DNA of 51,841 bases, from the IMG/VR virus record IMGVR_UViG_3300025875_000038, positions 1 through 51,841 of that record; one strand, written 5' to 3'. The DNA is from a virus. Lineage: Duplodnaviria > Caudoviricetes. This document shows, piece by piece, positions 45,596 to 51,841 of this stretch. The position numbers and the translations under genes are program-made. The notes under the pieces are model-generated. The model was not told the DNA's origin. It ran no database searches and saw nothing but the letters and a program-made list of their open reading frames with translations. Positions within the stretch are counted from its first letter, which is position 1; every line of letters starts with the position of its first letter.

Positions 45596-46944
45596 TCTGA
45601 AGTCTCCATATCCTCGGGCTCGACCGGCTGCGCGCCATCAGGCTCCACCACATCATCTAGGCCGGGGATTGTGTCATAACCGGCAGCTTCGCGGATCTCA
45701 TTCGGCAGGAACGGCGGCTCGTCGCCCGCCACAGCCTTGGAATTGATCTCAGACATGCGGTAGGCACGGTCCAGCTTCTCGCCAGCGGTGGCTTCGGTAA
45801 GGTCTGCCCATCCAATCGTCCAATCGCGCGCAGGCAGGATGCCCCATGCCACCAAGCGCCCAACGAACTCGCGCAGCACTGGCACGCACAGGTTCACCCG
45901 GCGGCTCATGTTCACTTGCGCCCACTCGCGCGCGTCCTCAGTGCTGGCGCGCTCGCCGGTTTCGTTGCCGATCAGCACGCGAACCGGCATTTGAACCGAC
46001 GCGGCGAAGGACTTCACCGGAATGTCAAAGAACTCTTTTGGCTGGGGCAGGGTGATGTTGAGCGGCTTGGCCGTGAGGCCGCCCAGCATTAGGAGCTTGT
46101 CGAACCCGCTATTGAAGCTTTCCACCTGCTCATTCATCACGTCCATGGCGTCTTCGGGTGTGTCAGCGCCCATGCCCTTCATCACGTCCGCCATGGACAT
46201 GCCATCCGGGGCCTCGATCATGGGGGAGGCGCGCGCCGTCTTCCAGAAGCCCTCGCCACCCGCGCCCTTCACCTTCTCGGCGTCAAGCAAATCGTTATAG
46301 CCGGGCTCCAGCATCGATCGACCGTGGATGGTGCCATCCTCCGACCAGATTAGAATGCGGTCAGGATGGATCTTGATCTGACGGTTCTGTCCGCCATTCT
46401 CGCCCAGGGCAACCTCATCGTATTGGTACATGGACGGTCGGCCATAGGTGGACGAGCTGATGTCGTCATCCCATTCGGCAACCGTGAGCTGGTTTTCCCA
46501 AACAGGAATGATGCCGGCAAGCCCATCGAGTTCGCCGGGCACGCGCGTAACCGGCTGATCCAGCGGCAGGCTGTCGGCAAGCAGAATGATTGCGGCGGAG
46601 TAGCGGCCCACCATAGAGCGGCGATCCACGTTCATCATTGCCTGCCACAAGCGCAGAATCTCAAAGCGGCGGCGGATGTCCTCCTCCAAAGGGCTTTCAG
46701 CCGGCTCCTCACTTTCCCAGAGCAAGGGGTGCGTTTCCCAGGTCTTGGCCGCGGTCTTATCAACCGCCGCCGTGGCGAGGCCATTGCGCTCATACATGCG
46801 CTTGAAGTGCTCGAAGTCGAGCGCTTCGGGCCAGCCAAAGTCCTTGGGGTGGTTATGCTTGGGGGAGCCGCCCCACCAGCCAAGGGGCAGCGCGCGCGCA
46901 AGGCCGCGATGGATGCTGTTGCGGACGGCCTGCAAGGTGGTCAT
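45592..46944 (-). CDS. Portal protein (DUF1073-like)
   Basis: MYERNGLA..AVD, IHPDR, KVKGAGGEGFWK, LIGNETGERASTED. Confidence 0.85.
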   Translation of the reverse strand: MTTLQAVRNSIHRGLARALPLGWWGGSPKHNHPKDFGWPEALDFEHFKRMYERNGLATAAVDKTAAKTWETHPLLWESEEPAESPLEEDIRRRFEILRLWQAMMNVDRRSMVGRYSAAIILLADSLPLDQPVTRVPGELDGLAGIIPVWENQLTVAEWDDDISSSTYGRPSMYQYDEVALGENGGQNRQIKIHPDRILIWSEDGTIHGRSMLEPGYNDLLDAEKVKGAGGEGFWKTARASPMIEAPDGMSMADVMKGMGADTPEDAMDVMNEQVESFNSGFDKLLMLGGLTAKPLNITLPQPKEFFDIPVKSFAASVQMPVRVLIGNETGERASTEDAREWAQVNMSRRVNLCVPVLREFVGRLVAWGILPARDWTIGWADLTEATAGEKLDRAYRMSEINSKAVAGDEPPFLPNEIREAAGYDTIPGLDDVVEPDGAQPVEPEDMETSE

Positions 46945-46950
46945 GCGCCC

Positions 46951-46979
46951 TATTTACCGCAAATGGGGGGAATGGGCAA
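46951..46979 (-). promoter_or_regulatory. sigma70-like promoter, possibly giving a leaderless portal mRNA
   Basis: TTGCCC-17 nt-TAAATA, 6 nt before the ATG. Confidence 0.5.
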
Positions 46980-46985
46980 TTGCGC

Positions 46986-47135
46986 GAGAAGCGGGCGGGG
47001 GAGGCGGCGTCTTCAACCAGCGCCCCCCGCCCTGCGCCGTTCGGTGCGGCCTAACAACGCACCTCGCGGAATATCGGTGCCGGTCTCTCCCGGCTGTCAC
47101 GGCGATCAAGGCCTTCCGTCCTCGGCCCCAGCACT
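46986..47135 (-). ncRNA. Candidate structured RNA or leader
   Basis: Operator-type promoter upstream, four consecutive hairpins, no credible ORF. Confidence 0.35.
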
Positions 47136-47140
47136 CAACT

Positions 47141-47207
47141 GCCACAAAGTTATGTGCCGCGCAAGCCACATAAAGATGTTGCCTACATTCAAATGTCACG
47201 CTACACG
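47141..47207. promoter_or_regulatory. Divergent promoters with three ACA-N6-TGT boxes
   Basis: gccaca-aagtta-tgtgcc, gccaca-taaaga-tgttgc, cctaca-ttcaaa-tgtcac; + strand TTGCCT-17-TACACG. Confidence 0.6.
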
Positions 47208-47239
47208 GGCTCCAGAAACACTGACCAAGGATCAAGCAA

Positions 47240-47827
47240 ATGCTCATCGCCGCCGCCATCGTTCTCGCCGTTGTGGACGCAGGAACCCCGAAGGCCGATC
47301 CGCGCGTGGAAATCACCGAAACCGTTGCAGCCCCCACGCAGTCCGACCATGGGCAAAAGATCATCAGCGCAATCCAAGCGGAAATCCCCGCTGGAACCGA
47401 TTATCGCATCATGTACGCGTCGGCTTTCGAGGGCAAAGCGGACCGTGGCGGCGGCACCGTTATGGATTGGTCCAAGATGCTACACACGATGGTGAAAGCC
47501 AAGCAGGCTGGCGCGACCCACGTTTGCACGGCATTCAGCGGTGATCCCGAAAATTCAAAGATTGCCGCCGACTTCGCCGCGCATCTCGGCCTCACAATTG
47601 TCGCTAGCATGGGCAACGAGCCGGACAAGGTGAAAGGCCGCCTGTGGCAGCAGGAAGGCGTTGTGAGCGTTCTCGCCACCGAATACCGCCACGCGCGCCC
47701 GGCTGATTTTGTGCGCCAGATTGACCATGAGGTGAGCGGCGTGATTGATGACAAAACGCGGGGCTCCAGCTTTGCATCGGCCCGCATGTGCGCCCGGTTG
47801 GCAGTGCAGGCTGGCAGCGCCGCATAA
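47240..47827 (+). CDS. Minimal S8 subtilase-like serine protease
   Basis: LAVVDAG (D13), DHGQKI (H37), IVASMGNE (N126), RGSSFASA (S177), in canonical order. Confidence 0.72.
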   Translation: MLIAAAIVLAVVDAGTPKADPRVEITETVAAPTQSDHGQKIISAIQAEIPAGTDYRIMYASAFEGKADRGGGTVMDWSKMLHTMVKAKQAGATHVCTAFSGDPENSKIAADFAAHLGLTIVASMGNEPDKVKGRLWQQEGVVSVLATEYRHARPADFVRQIDHEVSGVIDDKTRGSSFASARMCARLAVQAGSAA

Positions 47828-47867
47828 AAAGGGCTGGGAGTGTTCAAGCCCCCAGCCCATCGCTTTT
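47826..47867. terminator. Probable bidirectional terminator
   Basis: aaaaa-gggctggg...cccagccc-atcgctttt. Confidence 0.65.
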
Positions 47868-47973
47868 CCTGCCCTTGGCGAGACACAAAGAGAGCGGACG
47901 CACCCTCGCGATCAGGACAGGCCCACCATTTCCCTTCTATCCGGCGAGGACAGCGCTGGGAGGAGGCGCGCCG

Positions 47974-48117
47974 CTATAAGGGGATAGTGCCGAATATCTC
48001 GCGCGCGTCAATAACTATCGGACTGCCTGCGCGGATGAGGCGGTTGCGATCCTCATATGGCATATCGCGCATCGCATTTGCAGCCCAGTCTATCGCTTCT
48101 TCCGGGTCATGATCCAC
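47974..48117 (-). CDS. Small hypothetical protein (47 aa)
   Basis: GTG with RBS gaggag, overlapping the terL end; MDHDPEEAIDWAANAMRD... Confidence 0.4.
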   Translation of the reverse strand: MDHDPEEAIDWAANAMRDMPYEDRNRLIRAGSPIVIDAREIFGTIPL

Positions 48118-49433
48118 GCCGTCTTCTCCTCTCCTAGCATCAACTCGCTAAGCGCCCAAACCAGCGCATCCCCCCGGTCTGGAGATCCATCGCCAACGTA
48201 CCCGGCAGGCGTGAACGCGCACATCTGGTCCTCCAACTCGGGGAAACTGCCAACGTGCGAGACGCGGCCCTGTTCATACAGCGCCGCAATAGGTTCGGCG
48301 CGCGCCACCTTGCCCCGGCTTGCCGTCACCTCCTTGTAAGGCGCGTCCCGGTCGGCAGCGCGGATGACCGCCTCGACCATCGCGCCGCCGAAATTGCGCT
48401 CTGCAATGATCCGGTCGGCCTTGTGCAACGAAGCCGCCTCGATTGCACGCCTCGCCCATCCCTCGGGGGATAGCTGGCACGAATAGTCCCCCAGCACGTA
48501 CCCGCGCCCATCGGTCCCTAGGCCAGCCGCCACGATGCCAATATCATCGCCTTCGCCGTCCCCCTTGGTTCCTGAGGGATCGATGGCCACAACCACGCGC
48601 TGCATCTCAACCACCTGCCCATTGCGCACGGGAAGGATCGCACCACCAAGCGCACCGCCCTTCTCGCACCGCTCGGCATCGATCATGGCCAGCGTCCACA
48701 GCGCGCCCGGCACATCCTCCAGTAACTCTGCCTCAAGCTCCTGCCGGCCTAGCCGGGTGCCGCCGTAGCGCTCATGGATGGACTTGATGAACGATGGCGC
48801 GAGGTTGCTGGTATTCTCCATCGTAGAACCAGTGGTAACGGTTGTGTCTGCCGCTTTGATGATCGCACGCAGTGTGGGAATTGGGCGGGGAGTGGTCGTC
48901 ACCAGTACGCGGGGCCGCTCGCCGCGCCGCATCGTGAATTGCAGCATATCCCACAGGGCGTCTGCCCGCCGATACTTGGCCAACTCGTCCACCCAAGCCG
49001 TGTCGAACTCAGGGCCGCGCAACTGGTCAGGAGCCGTGCCGTTGTAGCCAAGAGCTTGGGCTCCATTTGGCCACATCAGGCGCACCGGCTTGTAGCGGAC
49101 TTCGGGCATGTCATCGGGCGAACTGATGGCGATGATGCGCGCCACCATGACCTCCTCCAGATCCTTCTGGGTCTCAGCCACAAGCGCGATCGATTGCGCG
49201 CCGTCCTTAACCCGCTGGCGTATCCATTGCGCGCCACATTCGGTCTTGCCGAAGCCTCGGCCTGCCATGACCAACCAAGTGCGCCAGTCGCCTTCGGGCT
49301 CTAACTGGCTGGGCCGCGCCCAGAATGGCCAATGGTAATTGAGAGACGCCCTAAGCTCAGGCGTCATCCTCGCTAGTTCCGCCAGCCTCTGATCCTCGGG
49401 AAGCAAGGCGAGTAATTCTGCTGGTGAACTCAT
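48090..49433 (-). CDS. terL: Terminase large subunit
   Basis: AGRGFGKT, LRGPEF..AWVDE, VTTTP, AIDP, SPDRGDA. Confidence 0.93.
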   Translation of the reverse strand: MSSPAELLALLPEDQRLAELARMTPELRASLNYHWPFWARPSQLEPEGDWRTWLVMAGRGFGKTECGAQWIRQRVKDGAQSIALVAETQKDLEEVMVARIIAISSPDDMPEVRYKPVRLMWPNGAQALGYNGTAPDQLRGPEFDTAWVDELAKYRRADALWDMLQFTMRRGERPRVLVTTTPRPIPTLRAIIKAADTTVTTGSTMENTSNLAPSFIKSIHERYGGTRLGRQELEAELLEDVPGALWTLAMIDAERCEKGGALGGAILPVRNGQVVEMQRVVVAIDPSGTKGDGEGDDIGIVAAGLGTDGRGYVLGDYSCQLSPEGWARRAIEAASLHKADRIIAERNFGGAMVEAVIRAADRDAPYKEVTASRGKVARAEPIAALYEQGRVSHVGSFPELEDQMCAFTPAGYVGDGSPDRGDALVWALSELMLGEEKTAWIMTRKKR

Positions 49434-49920
49434 TGGCGGCGTTGATGGTTTGCTCAATGGGGCCTCCATCCTTGCCGGTGTGCTCATGGGCGATTGTTTC
49501 CTTCATGCCAAACACAGTCGGCAGCACCCAACGCAGCATCCGCCCAGCCTCTTTGAGCATCTCGTTCGGGTCCACCCCGGCGGGCACTTCCTCGCTCATG
49601 GCCATGCGGATGGAGCGCTTAACGAGCGCGTGCTTCTGCACCGCAAGCCCCGTATCCAGCTCTTCGCGGTAGTGCCGCTGGAGCGTGTCCACCGAATACC
49701 CGCCGCCATGCGCTGCGTTCAGACAATGGCTTATCTCGCTCTGAGAGAGCCCAAAGCCGGACATCTCCGCGACCATCACGGCGATTTCCTCGCTGCGCTG
49801 GTGTGGCAGATTGCCCGACATGCCCTCATGCGGCGTACCGTCGCGACGACGCCCTTCGGGCTTTGATTGATCGCCGCGAGGTGCGCCGCGCGTGTCCGGT
49901 ATGGTAGGATGATCGCCCAT
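49357..49920 (-). CDS. terS: Terminase small subunit
   Basis: GLSQSEI...TLQRHYREEL, EHTGKDGGPI; directly upstream of terL. Confidence 0.8.
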   Translation of the reverse strand: MGDHPTIPDTRGAPRGDQSKPEGRRRDGTPHEGMSGNLPHQRSEEIAVMVAEMSGFGLSQSEISHCLNAAHGGGYSVDTLQRHYREELDTGLAVQKHALVKRSIRMAMSEEVPAGVDPNEMLKEAGRMLRWVLPTVFGMKETIAHEHTGKDGGPIEQTINAANEFTSRITRLASRGSEAGGTSEDDA

Positions 49921-49926
49921 AATTAT

Positions 49927-49955
49927 GTTATAGTCCCGATCCGGCGAGGACGCAA
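49927..49955 (-). promoter_or_regulatory. sigma70-like promoter, possibly giving a leaderless terS mRNA
   Basis: TTGCGT-17 nt-TATAAC, 6 nt before the ATG. Confidence 0.6.
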
Positions 49956-49968
49956 TTTCCCCGTGTCA

Positions 49969-50226
49969 TCAGCAAAGCACCTTGGCTCGAAACGCATTGC
50001 CCACGATTGATCGGTTGTTGGCCGTGATTAGCTCACTGTTGATGCTCCATCCATCCAGCCCGCCATACATGCCGAACCAAGCGTGACGTTCCACATAGGG
50101 CAGATCGTCCATCATCTCGGTCGCCTCGTTGAAGAATGCGGCCTGCTGCTTGGCTGAGAAGCGCCCCGGATTGTTGCAGTCTGCCAGCGCCCATTCCGTT
50201 ACCCAGATCGGCTTGCGGCCTAGCTT
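49969..50226 (-). pseudogene. C-terminal fragment of a GH128-like glycoside hydrolase
   Basis: GRKPIWVTEWA...QQAAFF.EA...MDDLPYVERHAWFG; the N-terminal half with the acid/base motif is absent. Confidence 0.65.
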
Positions 50227-50752
50227 GCTCTTGGGATGGGAGGGTGGCGAGATGCGCGTCCACATCATTGACCTTTTGGAAGCGCGTGTGACAGGCTGGG
50301 CACCGCTGCGATGGCTCCACCGCCTCGCTCGGGGCGGGCGCTGGCGGGGTGCGGGTGCGCAAGTTATCAACCACCCGTTCGATCTCTGGCAGGTAGGGGT
50401 GCCGCTCCAAATCATCCGCCTTTACTGTGCGGATATAGCCTGCATATTGATCCAGAAGATCGGCAGCGTCCTCAACCACCCCGGCAGAAGGCGCGGGTGC
50501 AGGAGTGCGGAGGGCGGCTAGGATGGGCGCGAAGTGTTGGCTGAACGCCTCGCGGACTTCTTCGTATCCGTTAATGGCAGCTTCGGACCATCCGGTATCG
50601 TCCTCCGAATCCTCGCCATCATCAAAGTGGGAGCAGAGCGTCACCGCGAGATTGTCGTCACGCATGGCGGGTGTGCTGACACACATCAGGCGGTCAACAA
50701 GCCGCTCCAACTCATCAGCCAAGCGCTGCGGGTCTGGTGTGCTGTCGGTCAT
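50033..50752 (-). CDS. Mosaic hypothetical protein; its 3' end overlaps the GH128 fragment out of frame
   Basis: Modules joined by LRTPAPAPS / LRTRTPPAPAPS linkers. Confidence 0.6.
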   Translation of the reverse strand: MTDSTPDPQRLADELERLVDRLMCVSTPAMRDDNLAVTLCSHFDDGEDSEDDTGWSEAAINGYEEVREAFSQHFAPILAALRTPAPAPSAGVVEDAADLLDQYAGYIRTVKADDLERHPYLPEIERVVDNLRTRTPPAPAPSEAVEPSQRCPACHTRFQKVNDVDAHLATLPSQEQARPQADLGNGMGAGRLQQSGALLSQAAGRILQRGDRDDGRSALCGTSRLVRHVWRAGWMEHQQ

Positions 50753-50991
50753 GAGAAAAACCCTCCCCAGTAGAGCAGTGGCAAGGTTAGGAAGACCCAG
50801 GCCAAGCCGTACCCCACAAGACTGCGACCGCCGCTCACCGCACCAGAGTAGGCCATGCAGATTAGGTTGAGGCCGAGGTAGATGCCTTCCGGCCAGCCAA
50901 TCACGATGTTCACGCCATCACCCTCCCCCGCACGCGCCGCCGCAGCATCGCGGCGATTGAAGCGAAGCCGGTCATGATGCGGTCCGATCAA
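50749..50991 (-). CDS. Small membrane protein
   Basis: Two TMs, ending LLYWGGFFS; start uncertain. Confidence 0.55.
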   Translation of the reverse strand: MIGPHHDRLRFNRRDAAAARAGEGDGVNIVIGWPEGIYLGLNLICMAYSGAVSGGRSLVGYGLAWVFLTLPLLYWGGFFS

Positions 50992-51655
50992 TGTTGCCGC
51001 GCGCTACCTCAAAGGTCAGCGCGTAAATCCATGGGTTATCCTCCCAGCGCTCGCCGGGCTTGGTGTGCAGGCTGTTCCAGAGGCCACTGAATGCGGTGCT
51101 TGCGCGCCTGAACGCATCCTCGCGCTCCACATCATCAAGCCAGTGGAAGCGCCTGCGCGTAGAACCATCGGGATCATCGAACCGATAGCGCATCAGCCCT
51201 TCCGCCTCGGCGTCCTCCTCGCTGATCTCCTGCACCCGCTGCACGCGCACGTCGGTGACGGTCAGGGTGAGCCGCGAGGCCCAGCGCGGCATGTGGATGG
51301 ACGGCCGCCATTTCAGTCCCTGCGCGCAAGCCCACCGCAAGCGGTCGTGAGCCACAGGTCCATCTGTTTTGGGCGGCTCGGTCGCCGGAATATCGGCGCG
51401 GTAGACAACTCCTTTGCGCCGTTCTGCGAACCGCACCGCATCCCGCTCAGCGAACGCCTCACGCACATAGAGCCGATCGCCGGGGCGGTGAGGCAACAGG
51501 TCGATATTGCCGGGCAGCGAAAGGAACGCCGGCTTAAAGATCGCAAGCGCATCCACCGCGGCGGCCTTCGTAATCAGACGCCGTGTCTGCGTCTTGCGCC
51601 CAGCGAGCAGCGCCCGAACCATCGGTGCGGAGAAAATGATGCCGCGATCAGCCAC
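50972..51655 (-). CDS. ASCH-like phage protein
   Basis: FSAPMVRALLAGRKTQTRR, GDRLYVRE, WRPSIHMPRWASR, DAEAEG, W..NPW. Confidence 0.82.
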   Translation of the reverse strand: MADRGIIFSAPMVRALLAGRKTQTRRLITKAAAVDALAIFKPAFLSLPGNIDLLPHRPGDRLYVREAFAERDAVRFAERRKGVVYRADIPATEPPKTDGPVAHDRLRWACAQGLKWRPSIHMPRWASRLTLTVTDVRVQRVQEISEEDAEAEGLMRYRFDDPDGSTRRRFHWLDDVEREDAFRRASTAFSGLWNSLHTKPGERWEDNPWIYALTFEVARGNIDRTAS

Positions 51656-51841
51656 AAGTCACCGCCTTCCGCACGCGACGGCGCACCATGGCACCGATGG
51701 AGCCGAACCCGATCAGCAGCATGGCCCAGGTCGAAGGCTCCGGGATGCTGCCAACCTCACCCGGCACACTAGGCACCACCGGCATCTCCTGCGGAACCTG
51801 CGGGCTCCAATCACCATCATCACCGGACAGCGCGACAGCAA
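51648..51841 (-). CDS. C-terminal part of the PEPxxWA-CTERM protein (see 1..449)
   Basis: IPEPSTWAMLLIGFGSIGAMVRRRVRK, with TGA at 51650-51648. Confidence 0.88.
   Translation of the reverse strand, partial: AVALSGDDGDWSPQVPQEMPVVPSVPGEVGSIPEPSTWAMLLIGFGSIGAMVRRRVRKAVTCG
51715..51841. repeat. Second copy of the 127-bp terminal overlap
   Basis: Identical to 1-127. Confidence 0.95.

Noticed and set aside
47939-49951. 13-bp repeat atccggcgaggac on either side of the terminase genes
   Set aside because: Matches this short are expected by chance in 52 kb of GC-rich sequence, and there is no other sign of a mobile unit.
1-51841. tRNA, rRNA, integrase or transposase genes
   Set aside because: None recognised by eye; tRNAscan-SE and HMM searches are needed to confirm absence.

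Overview
The window is an apparently complete, circular, GC-rich siphovirus-like phage genome of about 51.7 kb. Bases 1-127 recur exactly at 51715-51841, most likely an assembly overlap. A GapR homologue and a PEPxxWA-CTERM protein point to an alphaproteobacterial host, possibly Sphingomonadales or Caulobacterales. Layout: a minus-strand replication/DNA-modification arm (about 0.5-10.3 kb), a plus-strand recombination arm (10.4-15.0 kb), and a minus-strand late region from terminase to lysis (49.9 to 15.0 kb). I found no integrase, CI-type repressor, ParA or DNA polymerase. Most unusual observations: (1) a signal-peptide plus PEPxxWA-CTERM gene that spans the contig junction and is missing from the ORF track; (2) two giant proteins (970 and 1480 aa) between neck genes that share an ~80-aa N-terminal domain and carry a GH30-like hydrolase and adhesin-type modules; (3) a 195-aa minimal subtilase between terL and portal, back-to-back with a candidate structured RNA; (4) a palindromic box GSCACA-N6-TGTGSC at six intergenic promoter regions, linking scattered accessory genes; (5) an out-of-frame GH128 fragment, a nested gene inside a C5 methyltransferase, and a classical C2H2 zinc finger. 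All family calls come from motif recognition and gene order, not database searches.
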